A DNA stretch of 64,000 nt from an uncultured Acidimicrobiaceae bacterium (GTDB lineage Bacteria > Actinomycetota > Acidimicrobiia > Acidimicrobiales > Bog-793): positions 262,057 through 326,056 of the forward strand of contig CAWGNK010000005.1 of assembly GCA_963823945.1 (NCBI GenBank), read 5' to 3'. Positions 1 to 9,094 of this stretch are shown piece by piece. The stretch's first letter is position 1. Each line of letters begins with the position of its first letter. The translations under genes and the position numbers were made by a program. Below the pieces are notes generated by a model, which saw nothing but the letters and a program-made list of their open reading frames with translations, was not told the DNA's origin and did no database searches.

Positions 1-230
1 GCCACGAACTGGTTGAACCCGTAGGGAGCGATCTGCGGCGCGAAGACGGCGAGCACCACGAAGAACAGCGTGATGGCGGCGCCCGACAGGAAGATCCAGC
101 GTGGCAGCCCCCGGCTGGCGATCAACGGGGCGATGGCGTGGTGGATCCCGCGCATCCGCCCGGCGCGCTCTTCGCGTGGCTCGTCCACGATCGGCCGTGT
201 GGCCACAGGGCCCGGCGTCGTCATCGCCAT
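1..230 (-). CDS. ABC transporter permease, DppC/OppC-like (N-terminal part only; gene runs off the window start)
   Basis: The ATG at 228-230 overlaps the TGA of the upstream permease (ATGA). My own translation is MAMTTPGPVATRPIVDEPREERAGRMRGIHHAIAPLIASRGLPRWIFLSGAAITLFFVVLAVFAPQIAPYGFNQFVA, i.e. a TM helix followed by an 'APY' segment, typical of the second permease of peptide/nickel ABC systems. It is the third gene after the SBP and the DppB-like permease. Confidence 0.6.
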   Translation of the reverse strand, partial: MAMTTPGPVATRPIVDEPREERAGRMRGIHHAIAPLIASRGLPRWIFLSGAAITLFFVVLAVFAPQIAPYGFNQFV

Positions 231-1258
231 CAGTAGCGCACCCGCGGATCGATCCACGCGTTCAGCAGGTCGATGAGCAGACTGATCGCGACCACCGCGA
301 GCGCGAAGACCGTGATGATCCCCTGGACCGCGATGTAGTCGCGGGCGTCGAGGTAGTAGATGAGTTCACTGCCGATGCCCGGCCAGTTGAAGGTCTCCTC
401 GGTGAGGACCGCTCCCGAGAGCAGGAGCGCCGCCTGGAGGCCTGTCACCGTGATGATGGGCACGAGCGCGTTGCGGAAGGCGTGACGTACGACGACCGAG
501 CGCTCCTTCAGCCCGCGGGCGCGGGCGGCTTCCACGTAGTCACCCTTCATCGTCTGGATGACGTTGACGCGCACGAGCCGGAGCACGACGCCCGAGATCA
601 CGAGTCCGAGCGTGCAGGCCGGCAGGACGAGGTGGGCGAAGAGGTCGGGCAGGTCCCCCCACTGCCCGTCGATCATCGCGTCGATGATCGGGATGTTCGT
701 GTGCGGCGTGAGGGTCGCCTGGACGATGACGCTCGCCTCGCTCGAGGTCGGCAGCCAGTTCAGGATGTGACCGAAGAGCAGCTGCGCGAGCAGCCCGAGG
801 AAGAAGACCGGCGCGGCGTAGATCACGATGCCGAAGATCCTCGCCGAGGCGTCGACCCAGGTGTCGCGCATCCGGCCGGCGAGCATGCCGAGGGGGATGC
901 CGACGGCGACGGCGATGAACATCGCCGCCGTCGTGAGCTCGAGGGTGGCGGCGCCGTTCTGGGCGATGATCTGCGTGACCGGCCGGTGGTCGGTGATCGT
1001 CGTTCCGAGGTTGCCCGTGAACACCTGTCGCAGGTACTCGAAGTACTGGACGATGAGGGGTTTGTCGTAGCCGGCGGCGCGTTCGCGTTCGGCGAGCTGG
1101 GCCGGGTTGAGGTGGCCACCGAGCGCCGCAAGGATCGGGTTCCCCGGCGCGACCCTCATCAGCATGAAGACGAGTGTCAACAGGATGAGGACCATCGGCA
1201 GGACGAGCACGAGCCGCGTGAGGATGTAGCGGCGTAGCGAGCCCGTCGACGATGACAA
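230..1258 (-). CDS. ABC transporter permease, DppB/OppB-like (peptide/nickel family)
   Basis: 342-aa ORF. The N-terminus 'RYILTRLVLVLPMVLILLTLVFMLMRVAPGNP' is the classic DppB/OppB start. It is polytopic and sits between the SBP and the second permease. Confidence 0.9.
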   Translation of the reverse strand: MSSSTGSLRRYILTRLVLVLPMVLILLTLVFMLMRVAPGNPILAALGGHLNPAQLAERERAAGYDKPLIVQYFEYLRQVFTGNLGTTITDHRPVTQIIAQNGAATLELTTAAMFIAVAVGIPLGMLAGRMRDTWVDASARIFGIVIYAAPVFFLGLLAQLLFGHILNWLPTSSEASVIVQATLTPHTNIPIIDAMIDGQWGDLPDLFAHLVLPACTLGLVISGVVLRLVRVNVIQTMKGDYVEAARARGLKERSVVVRHAFRNALVPIITVTGLQAALLLSGAVLTEETFNWPGIGSELIYYLDARDYIAVQGIITVFALAVVAISLLIDLLNAWIDPRVRY

Positions 1259-1334
1259 CCTGGGAGTTCCTTTCCGGTCCGAGTCCCAAAGGAGGCCGGG
1301 CGTTGTGCCCGGCCTCCTTCGGGTTATCCGGTTA

Positions 1335-2954
1335 CTACTTCCCGATCAGCCAGAAGCGGAAGGTGTACGACGCGTCGAGCGTCGACTGCACGCCGGTCAC
1401 GCCGTTGATCACCCCGGCGACCTGGCCGCCCTGCCACAGCGGGATGAGGGGCGCGTCCTCGGCCGTCAGCGTCTGGAGTCTGCCAAACGCCGCGTCCCGG
1501 ACGGACTGGACCGTGGAGGCCTCTTCCTGCTTGATGTCCGAGTCCACCTTCATGTTGCAGTAGTGGTTGACCATCCACTCGGCGTTGCACAGGTAGAACG
1601 GGCCCGTGTAGTCGTCGGCGTCCGGGTAGTCCGGGAACCATCCGAACAAGGAGACCCCGTACTGGTTGGTCGTCCCCGCCGCGACGTACGTCGCCCATGC
1701 GGCCGTGTTCAGCGACACCTTGAACAGGCCACCGGCGTCGATCTGGCGCTGGAGCTCGGTCGCGAGGTCCTGGTCACCGTAGTGGTCGGTGCCGTCGTAC
1801 CAGAGGGTGAACGACACCGGGGTCATCACACCCGCCGCCTTGAGGACGGCCTTGGCCTTCATCAGGTTCGGCGAAGAGCCGTAGACGTTCTCGAACGAGT
1901 TGATGTGGCCCGGGAGCGCGTCAGGGATGATCGAGTACAGGGGCTTGACCGTCCCCTTGTAGATGTTCTTCGCGATGTCCGTGCGGTTGATGAGGTACGA
2001 GACCGCCTGGCGGATGGCCGTCTTCTGTTTGGCGGTCTTGCCCGGCTGCACCTTCAGGTTGAACACGATGTACCGGATCTCGATGCCCTTGCCCTGGAGG
2101 ACCGTGATGCCCTTGGAGTGCTCGAGGGCGACGATCTCCGTCGGGCTCAGCTCCCGGTAGGCAATGTCGACCGCCTTGGACTGGAGGTCCGAGACGAGCG
2201 TCGTGCCGGTCTCTTCGTAACGGACGATGAACTCGCTGTTGTGCAGGACGTCGTTCCCGCCGTAGTGCTTGTTCGGCTTGAACACGGCGTACTGGTTCGG
2301 CGTGTAGGACGCGAGGTAGTACGGGCCGGATCCGACGATGCTTCCCGCCGCCGAAGGCTGCAGCGACTTGGACGGGTAGACCTTCGCATCGACAATGGCC
2401 CCAGCGCCCGTCGTGAGCACGTCTGGCCAGGTCGCGTCGGCGCTCTTCAGCTTGAACGTGACCTTGTCGCCCATAGCGGTCACGCTCTTCATCGGAGCGA
2501 TGAGGCTCGCGGGACCGGTCGAGGCCTTGATCGTGTTGATCCGGTTGAACGAGTACGCCACGTCGGCAGCCGTCACCTTGTCGCCATTCGAGAAGTACTG
2601 GCCCGGCTTCATGGTGCAGACGTAGGTGGTGGCACCCATTCCCTGCCAGGCGCAGCTCCCGGCGTCAGAGACGATCGTCGTCGTGCCCGGGATGTACTTG
2701 AGGAGCGTCTGGTAGACGTTGTAGATGATCGTCCACGACGGCAGGTCGTAGGAGCCGGCGGGGTCCAAGGACACGATGCGGTCGGTCGTTCCGAGGGTCA
2801 CCGTCACGTTCGGAGGAGCCTTGTGCCCAGCCCGTGTCGTGGCCCCGCTCGTGTTCGCCCAGGCTATGGCCGGAACGATCAGCGCCACGCCGACCGCCAC
2901 GCCCGCCAAGCGGCCGAGGGTGGATCGGGTCAGTCGTCTGTCTCGTTGCATCAA
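1335..2954 (-). CDS. ABC transporter substrate-binding protein, family 5 (peptide/nickel type)
   Basis: 539-aa ORF with an N-terminal signal-like segment (RLAGVAVGVALIVPAIAWA). Size and composition fit family-5 SBPs. It is the first gene of the SBP-permease-permease operon. Confidence 0.85.
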   Translation of the reverse strand: MMQRDRRLTRSTLGRLAGVAVGVALIVPAIAWANTSGATTRAGHKAPPNVTVTLGTTDRIVSLDPAGSYDLPSWTIIYNVYQTLLKYIPGTTTIVSDAGSCAWQGMGATTYVCTMKPGQYFSNGDKVTAADVAYSFNRINTIKASTGPASLIAPMKSVTAMGDKVTFKLKSADATWPDVLTTGAGAIVDAKVYPSKSLQPSAAGSIVGSGPYYLASYTPNQYAVFKPNKHYGGNDVLHNSEFIVRYEETGTTLVSDLQSKAVDIAYRELSPTEIVALEHSKGITVLQGKGIEIRYIVFNLKVQPGKTAKQKTAIRQAVSYLINRTDIAKNIYKGTVKPLYSIIPDALPGHINSFENVYGSSPNLMKAKAVLKAAGVMTPVSFTLWYDGTDHYGDQDLATELQRQIDAGGLFKVSLNTAAWATYVAAGTTNQYGVSLFGWFPDYPDADDYTGPFYLCNAEWMVNHYCNMKVDSDIKQEEASTVQSVRDAAFGRLQTLTAEDAPLIPLWQGGQVAGVINGVTGVQSTLDASYTFRFWLIGK

Positions 2955-3288
2955 TCCCCCTTCATATGAGATGTGGCCAACCCCGACGGAAATCGAGGCT
3001 CGTTGGCGTGCTGAAGATCCTCAGGGTGTGACCTGCAGAAACGCAACGCGTGAATATTCGCACACGTTTGCCAGTTCGGGCCAGACGGGATCCCGGTGCC
3101 CGTCTGACCACGCCCGGGCGCGACCCGCCGACGTCCGCGGATGAGTCCAGAGCGATCGGGACCGTAGCTCGGGGGAGGCGACGACCGGCGCCGTCTCCGG
3201 CCCGAGCGCGCAGGACGTGATGGCCCCGCCCGCCTCGGGGCCCGTGGGCGGGGAGTGCCGCGTCCTCAGCAGACAGCCAAGGAAGGGC

Positions 3289-3408
3289 TCAGCCGACGTG
3301 CCCCGCAGCCGACTTCGAGGCTTCCTTCGACTTCTTCGCGGCGCGCTTCTCCTTCACGCTCCGTCCCGGCTTCTTCGAGCTCGGCTTCTTGGGTGACTTG
3401 TCCGCCAT
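3289..3408 (-). CDS. hypothetical small lysine-rich basic protein (39 aa)
   Basis: This is the internal ATG of ORF 3289-3603, giving MADKSPKKPSSKKPGRSVKEKRAAKKSKEASKSAAGHVG. GGAAAGGA lies about 8 nt upstream on the minus strand. GC3 is high despite the Lys-rich content. A GC-rich hairpin (about 3222-3255) follows the stop. Confidence 0.4.
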   Translation of the reverse strand: MADKSPKKPSSKKPGRSVKEKRAAKKSKEASKSAAGHVG

Positions 3409-3554
3409 GGTCGGGTCCTTTCCAGTCGGCCGGTCAATCCCGATTGTCGCGTACCGCGCCAAATCCCGCGTCGCGCGCTCCCAACCGATGATATGGCCCT
3501 GCGGGGGTGGAGCCGCCAATTCGTCGCAGGGAACCGTGACTTGCCCTGTCGTGG

Positions 3555-4751
3555 GTGACAAGCGAGGATCACCGTGTTCAGACACCACCACACCGCCGAT
3601 CAACTCTGGGCCTTCTGGCGCTCGCCGTCGCGACCGCCGCGGCGCTCGTGGCGACCGGGTTTCCGCACCCGGCTCAGGGTGCCGCCCCGGCCGGGTCGGG
3701 GCGGCCGTATTCGCGCTCGTGTACGAACGCGAGCAAGCTCGCCACCTGGAGCACCTCCCGCCTCGCGGCCCAGACGCTGGCCGTGGCGACCGAGGAGGAC
3801 GACGTCTCCTCGGCCACGCACGAGGTCTCGATCGGCATCGGCGGGGTCATCCTGTTCGGGTCCGCCGCGCCCTTTGACCTCGGCAGCCAGCTCGCCGCGC
3901 TCGAGCTGCACGCCCCGGCAGGCGTGAAGCCGCTCGTCATGGCCGACGAGGAAGGCGGTCTGGTGCAGCGGATGGCGAACCTCGTCGGGTCGATTCCTGC
4001 GCCGCGCACGATGGGCGCGACGATGACCCCCGCCCAGATCGAGGCGCTGGCGACCCAGGTCGGCCGGCGCATGCTCGCCGCGGGTGTGACGATGGACCTC
4101 GCCCCCGTCCTCGACGTCGACGGGGGAGTCGGGCCGAACGATCGGGACCCCGACGGGACCCGGTCGTTCAGCGCCAACGTCGCCGTCGCGGCCAGGGACG
4201 GTCTCGCCTTCGCGGCGGGTTTGGAGCGCGCCGGGGTGGTCGCGGTGGTGAAGCACTTCCCCGGCCTCGGTGGCGTGAGCCGGAACACCGATGTCGGCCC
4301 GGCCACGACGATCGCCTGGGGCCGCCTCGAGAAGACCGGACTCGTCCCGTTCGTCGACGCGATCAACTCGGGGTTCGGTGCCGTGATGGTCGCCAACGCG
4401 TCCATCCCAGGTCTCACGGCGCAACCGGCGAGCCTTTCGTCGGCTGTCGAGACGTCGTTGCTGCGGGGACGCCTCCATTTCAAGGGGCTGATCGTCACCG
4501 ATTCGCTCACCGCCGGGGCGATCGCCGCGACCGGGCTGACGCTGCCCCAAGCCGCGGTGGCCGCACTCCGGGCCGGGGCCGACCTGCTTCTCTACCAGGC
4601 GTCAACCGGGAGCGTCGACGCGACGACCAACGGGGTCGTGCACGGCATCGTCACGGCCGTCGCCGGTGGCGAGCTGTCGAGAGCGCAGCTCGTCGCGGCC
4701 GTCAGCTACGTGCTCGCCGCGAAGAAGGTCGGCCTCTGCGCGAAGGCCTGA
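3555..4751 (+). CDS. glycoside hydrolase family 3 (NagZ-like beta-N-acetylhexosaminidase), probably exported
   Basis: GH3 N-domain motifs 'VMADEEGGLVQR' and 'KHFPGLGG'. The N-terminus 'HRRSTLGLLALAVATAAALVA' looks like a Tat/Sec signal. The start codon (GTG 3555) is uncertain. Confidence 0.8.
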   Translation: MTSEDHRVQTPPHRRSTLGLLALAVATAAALVATGFPHPAQGAAPAGSGRPYSRSCTNASKLATWSTSRLAAQTLAVATEEDDVSSATHEVSIGIGGVILFGSAAPFDLGSQLAALELHAPAGVKPLVMADEEGGLVQRMANLVGSIPAPRTMGATMTPAQIEALATQVGRRMLAAGVTMDLAPVLDVDGGVGPNDRDPDGTRSFSANVAVAARDGLAFAAGLERAGVVAVVKHFPGLGGVSRNTDVGPATTIAWGRLEKTGLVPFVDAINSGFGAVMVANASIPGLTAQPASLSSAVETSLLRGRLHFKGLIVTDSLTAGAIAATGLTLPQAAVAALRAGADLLLYQASTGSVDATTNGVVHGIVTAVAGGELSRAQLVAAVSYVLAAKKVGLCAKA

Positions 4752-4877
4752 ACGCGACATCGGGCGGTGACCCGTCTGCGGTGACGTGAGTGCGACCCGG
4801 GGCGTGCCGTTGTCTGGTGGGGGGACTCGAGGCTGCCGGGATCGCCACCGGGTTTCGATCCCGGGGTGGCGGTGTGG

Positions 4878-5084
4878 TCAGTAAACCTTGGCGTAGACGA
4901 GGATCGCGCCGACGACGATGACAAGACCGACGATCGGCACGATGATCGCGCGCGAGGTTCGCATCGCGAGGCGGATGCCGCCGACGATCACCAGCAGGGC
5001 GCCGACGACGATGCCGACGATGCCAGCCAGGTGGTGCTTGCTGAGCGTTGCAAGGACTGCTGCGAACGTTCCGACGGCGTGCAT
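4878..5084 (-). CDS. hypothetical small membrane protein (68 aa, 2-3 TM segments)
   Basis: The ORF is strongly hydrophobic (GIVGIVVGALLVIVGG, IIVPIVGLVIVVGAILV) and has high GC3. I recognise no family. Confidence 0.5.
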   Translation of the reverse strand: MHAVGTFAAVLATLSKHHLAGIVGIVVGALLVIVGGIRLAMRTSRAIIVPIVGLVIVVGAILVYAKVY

Positions 5085-5411
5085 CGGTCTCTCCCTCGAC
5101 GATCTGCGTGGACCGCCTGACTGTAGCTACCGGGCGTGGGCCACGCGCTGGGCCCGACCGCTCGTCCCGGGCGCTGCCGGTCGCATCGCCGGGTGACCCG
5201 CTCGCCCGCGGAGGCTCCTCGGCCACGAACGGGTGCCGGTCCCAGCGGTCGTGCCGATCGCGCCGCGTGTCACTCGACGGCGGACGGTGCCGCGTGAGGC
5301 CAGGTGGAGGTGCACATCGACAATCTGCCAGGGAGGTGACAAATATCCCGTAGGCTGCTACCAGCACGAGGTCACAAGGACCGCGCGCGCTGTTGAGAGA
5401 GAGAATCCGAA

Positions 5412-5612
5412 TTGGCAACTGGAACCGTTAAGTTCTTCAACTCCGAAAAGGGATATGGCTTCATCTCGCGTGAGCAGGGTGACGACGTGTTCGTTCACTA
5501 TTCAAGCATCCAGGGATCCGGCTACAAGTCCCTCGAGGAGGGCCAGCGCGTCGAGTTCGACGTCGTTCCGGGCCGCAAAGGTGAGGAAGCCCAGAACGTA
5601 CGGGTGGTCTAG
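5412..5612 (+). CDS. cspA: cold-shock protein (CspA family)
   Basis: [33 protein letters not shown]... contains the RNP1 (KGYGFI) and RNP2 (VFVHY) motifs. TTG start. 66 aa. Confidence 0.95.
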   Translation: MATGTVKFFNSEKGYGFISREQGDDVFVHYSSIQGSGYKSLEEGQRVEFDVVPGRKGEEAQNVRVV

Positions 5613-5633
5613 ACCTTTCTGAAGTCGCACTGA

Positions 5634-5670
5634 AGAGCCCGCCGGCCTAGCCGGCGGGCTCTTTGCTTTC
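5634..5670 (+). terminator. intrinsic terminator downstream of csp
   Basis: Perfect 12-bp stem AGAGCCCGCCGG / CCGGCGGGCTCT with loop CCTAG, followed by TTGCTTTC. Confidence 0.8.
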
Positions 5671-5971
5671 TCCGGCACCGTCCGTGCTCACCGCGCGGAC
5701 GGGCTGTGACGTCGTAGCATCCGTCGGGCCGACGAACAAAGGAGAGGCAAGTGGGAGGATCGCCAGCGCCGGCGATCGGTCACGTGGCAGCCCGGCGGGG
5801 GCCGGGCGACCGGTGGAGCACCATGGGGCCGGCTGAAGGTGGCGGGCACGGAGAACGGACCGCGCCTCGCGACACCGTGAGGGGCACGGCGCGATGAACG
5901 TCCCCGCGGTGTCGGTCCTCGGTCCGTGGCTGTCCACGGCGGCGCACGTCTCCCATTCGCACGCCGGGCAG

Positions 5972-6865
5972 ATGCACTACTGGCAGGCGATAATCCTCGG
6001 GGTCCTGCAGGGCGTCAGTGAGCTCTTCCCGGTCTCGAGCCTCGGGCACACCGTCATCTTCCCGGCGCTGTTCGGCTGGCACAACGTCGTCGCGGCCCAG
6101 TCGGCCTCGGAGTCGTTCTGGCTGGCCTTCCTCGTCGGCCTCCACGTCGGCACGGCGATCGGTCTCGTCGTGTACTTCCGCAAGGACTGGGTGAAGATCG
6201 TCGGCGCGCTCGTCGGTTCGGCGCGGCGCCGGACGATCACGACGCCGACGGAGCGCCTCGGCTGGTTGCTTGTTGTCGCGACGATTCCGGCCGGGATCAC
6301 CGGGATCGTGCTCGAACATCCGCTGCGGGTGCTGTTCTCCAAGCCCATCCCGGCGTCGGCATTCCTCGTCGTGAACGGCTTCCTCCTCGCGACGGGCGAG
6401 CTGTTGCGGCGGAGACGCACGGTGCCGACGACGACACCCGCCGTCGCCGCCGGGGCGGAACCCGGCCCGCGTCGCCCCGATCGCGCGCTCGCGACGCTCA
6501 ACATGAAAGAGGGCTTCGTCGTCGGTATCGCGCAGGTGTGTGCGCTCGTGGCCGGGATCAGCCGCTCCGGGATCACGATGGTGGCCGGGCTCGCGCGCGG
6601 GCTCAACCACGAGGACGCGGCGCGCTTCTCGTTCCTGCTCGCCACGCCGATCATCCTCGCCGCGGGCGTGTACAAGCTGCCGGACCTGCTGGGCACGACG
6701 GGCGACGGGGTCCGGGGCCAGACGCTCGCGGCGGCGGCCTGTGCAGGCGTCGCCGCCTGGATCTCGGTGCGCTTCCTCACCCGCTGGTTCACGACCCGGA
6801 CGCTCACCCCCTTCGCCGTGTACTGCGTGGTCTTCGGCTCGGCGATGCTCATCCACTTCAACTAG
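5972..6865 (+). CDS. uppP: undecaprenyl-diphosphate phosphatase
   Basis: 'ILGVLQGVSELFPVSSLGH' matches the UppP/BacA signature. Polytopic. Start taken at the internal ATG 5972 of ORF 5894-6865. Confidence 0.88.
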   Translation: MHYWQAIILGVLQGVSELFPVSSLGHTVIFPALFGWHNVVAAQSASESFWLAFLVGLHVGTAIGLVVYFRKDWVKIVGALVGSARRRTITTPTERLGWLLVVATIPAGITGIVLEHPLRVLFSKPIPASAFLVVNGFLLATGELLRRRRTVPTTTPAVAAGAEPGPRRPDRALATLNMKEGFVVGIAQVCALVAGISRSGITMVAGLARGLNHEDAARFSFLLATPIILAAGVYKLPDLLGTTGDGVRGQTLAAAACAGVAAWISVRFLTRWFTTRTLTPFAVYCVVFGSAMLIHFN

Positions 6866-6964
6866 CGCGGCGCCGGCGAGCCGGTCGGGTGGACCGGATC
6901 GCTCGCCCCGGAACGCGGGCGCGGGGTACCGGGTCCGGCGGCGCGCCCCCCGGTGCCGCCCGAC

Positions 6965-7711
6965 TCAGGGGGCAGTGACGACCCGGAAGAGTTCCGCCAG
7001 GTGCCCCGGTGGGAGCCCGGCGCGGCTAGCCCCCGCCTCGAGCCAGCCCCCGACGCGATCGGCGAGCCACTCGCCCTCGCCGACCTGGCTCACGTGAGAA
7101 CGCAACGCCGCGATCTTGCGGTCAAAGAAGTCGGTGACGTCGACGGCGCGGTTCGGTTCCGGGTGGGCGCAGATCCAGAGCTCCCGGACGGTGTGCGGTT
7201 CGAGCCCCTCGCCGAGGAGCTCGGGATGCGCGAAGGGGTTGCGCGCGTCGGGATAGAAGGCGCAGACGGTGGCCTCGCCCGCCGCGAGGTGGTCCGGGTG
7301 GGACGCGCCGATCGCGTCCCAGTACCGCTCCGGGGACTGGCAGACGACGCGATCGGGGCGCAGGGTGCGCACGACACGGCAGATGTCTCGTCGCAGTTCA
7401 TTCGACGCGACGAGAGCGCCGTCGGGGTAGCCGAGGAAGCACACGTCCTGGACGCCGACGACGGCGGCGGCGGCGCGCTGCTCGTCCCGGCGGATCCCTG
7501 CCAGCGCGGAACGCGGGATCGAACGGTCCGACCCTCCCGCGTCGCCGTCGGTGACGATGCAGTACGAGACCTCGATCCCGGCGTCGGTCCAGCGCGCGAC
7601 GGTCCCCGCCGAGCCGAAGTCGGCGTCGTCCGGGTGCGCCGCGACGACGAGCACGCGGGCGATCCCCGGCTCGATGCCGTCGGTGAGGAGGAGGGGCGCG
7701 CTAGTGGCCAT
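6965..7711 (-). CDS. PIG-L/LmbE family deacetylase
   Basis: 'VLVVAAHPDDADFG' (AHPDD motif) plus a downstream 'HPDH' motif. 248 aa. Confidence 0.85.
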   Translation of the reverse strand: MATSAPLLLTDGIEPGIARVLVVAAHPDDADFGSAGTVARWTDAGIEVSYCIVTDGDAGGSDRSIPRSALAGIRRDEQRAAAAVVGVQDVCFLGYPDGALVASNELRRDICRVVRTLRPDRVVCQSPERYWDAIGASHPDHLAAGEATVCAFYPDARNPFAHPELLGEGLEPHTVRELWICAHPEPNRAVDVTDFFDRKIAALRSHVSQVGEGEWLADRVGGWLEAGASRAGLPPGHLAELFRVVTAP

Positions 7712-7899
7712 CGGCCAGCCGGTTGGTCATCTGCGGAGGCTACCGCCGCGTCGCCGGGCGATCGGCGCCGCTGTGGGGCCGCAGGCCGCGGGTCCGCCAG
7801 GCCCGATCGGAGGTCGCCTCTCCCGGCCGGGTGGTCCGCTACGCTCCGGCCATGCACGGGCAGCGGACGCGCGCGGACGCGGCGGGCAGCGGGCGCTAG

Positions 7900-8157
7900 A
7901 TGGCGACGAAGGCCGGCTCTTCGGGCGCCGCCGCGGCGGGGGAGACCCCGTCGGCCGCGTCGGACGCGACCCTCGACGAGGCGCGCGCCCTTCTGGCCAG
8001 GGCCGAGGACGAGCTGCACGCGATCGAGCGGGCGATCGAGCGCCTCGAGGACGGCACGTACTTCACCTGTGAGTTGTGCGGTTCACCGATCGCGCCGGAA
8101 CGGCTGGCGGCCGTGCCGACGGAGCGGAGCTGCGAGGCGCACGGCGCGCCGGACTGA
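7900..8157 (+). CDS. TraR/DksA family C4-type zinc-finger protein
   Basis: Coiled-coil-like N-terminus followed by 'CELCGSPIAPERLAAVPTERSCEAH'. 85 aa. Confidence 0.7.
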   Translation: MATKAGSSGAAAAGETPSAASDATLDEARALLARAEDELHAIERAIERLEDGTYFTCELCGSPIAPERLAAVPTERSCEAHGAPD

Positions 8158-8173
8158 GCGCGCCTCACGGGGC

Positions 8174-8593
8174 TCAGGCCTTCTTCGTCTCCTTGAAGAT
8201 CCGGTCGATCTCGGCGATGCCCGCGAGCAGCTTGTCGGCGACGGCGACGTCGCAGGTCTTTTTCGACTCGCCGGCGGCCTTGGTCGTCGTCCAGACCAGC
8301 TCGTGCAGCTCGGGGAAGCGCTCGGCGTGCTCGGGCTTGAAGTAGTCGGTCCACAGCACCCAGAGGTGGTGCTTCACGAGCTCGGCCCGCTCTTCTTTGA
8401 TCATGATGGCGCGCTGGCGGAACACGGGGTCGTCGGAGGCGTTGAACTTCTCCATGCAGGCCTTCACCGACTCGGCCTCGATGCGGGCCTGCGCGGGGTC
8501 GTAGACGCCGCAGGGCAGGTCGCAGTGGGCGTGCGCCGTGCGCGGTGGCGCGATCCGGTCGGCGAGCGAGAACAGTATTGAGGTGAGCGACAT
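8174..8593 (-). CDS. sodN: nickel superoxide dismutase precursor
   Basis: Contains the Ni-hook 'HCDLPCGVYDP' immediately after a short propeptide (MSLTSILFSLADRIAPPRTAHA). Start taken at ATG 8593 inside ORF 8174-8632. Confidence 0.95.
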   Translation of the reverse strand: MSLTSILFSLADRIAPPRTAHAHCDLPCGVYDPAQARIEAESVKACMEKFNASDDPVFRQRAIMIKEERAELVKHHLWVLWTDYFKPEHAERFPELHELVWTTTKAAGESKKTCDVAVADKLLAGIAEIDRIFKETKKA

Positions 8594-8679
8594 GCCACGA
8601 CTCCTTCGATCGCAGTCCAATTCCCGCCGCAAGGGCGCAAGCCGGCGCCGAGGCGGACGGCGCGGACAACACTAACGAG

Positions 8680-9048
8680 GTGGGCACGTTGCGCCGTCGA
8701 CTTCGGGCGCTCCTCGCCGCCGGGGCGCGCCGCGTGCACGTCCCGTCCCGCGTCGTCGTCGCCGGCCCGAGCATGCTGCCAACCCTGGCCGACGGCGACC
8801 GCTGCCGGGTCAGCCGGACGCGTCGGGCGGCGCCCGGGGACCTTGTCGTGTTCGTCGATCCCGAGGATCCGGGCCGGCTGGTCGTGAAGCGCGTCGCCGA
8901 GGTCGTGCCGGACGGGATCGTCGTCGCCGGCGACAACCCCGGCGCCAGCAGGGACAGCCGGCACTTCGGGGCGGTGCCCCGCGAGCTGCTCGTCGGCGTG
9001 ACGCGCCACCGCTACGCGCCCCGCGACCGGGCCGGCCCCGTCGGCTGA
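8680..9048 (+). CDS. sodX: Ni-SOD maturation protease (S26 signal-peptidase-like)
   Basis: 'GPSMLPTL' (catalytic-Ser region) and 'GDNPGASRDSRHFG' S26 motifs. Divergent from sodN, the conserved arrangement. Confidence 0.8.
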   Translation: MGTLRRRLRALLAAGARRVHVPSRVVVAGPSMLPTLADGDRCRVSRTRRAAPGDLVVFVDPEDPGRLVVKRVAEVVPDGIVVAGDNPGASRDSRHFGAVPRELLVGVTRHRYAPRDRAGPVG

Positions 9049-9094
9049 GAGGGTGGTGCGACCGGCGGGGACCGTGCCGTTACGCTGGGCGGGA

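Noticed and set aside
7852-7899. 15-codon upstream ORF (MHGQRTRADAAGSGR) ending TAG immediately before the ATG of the TraR/DksA gene.
   Set aside because: It is too short and has no supporting signal. It could equally be chance in a GC-rich leader.
8594-8679. Search for a Nur/Fur-type box (TTGCAA-like palindrome) in the sodN-sodX divergent spacer.
   Set aside because: Only a loose GCAA-N4-GCAA direct repeat (CCGCAAGGGCGCAAGCC) is present, with no palindrome. This is insufficient to call a site.
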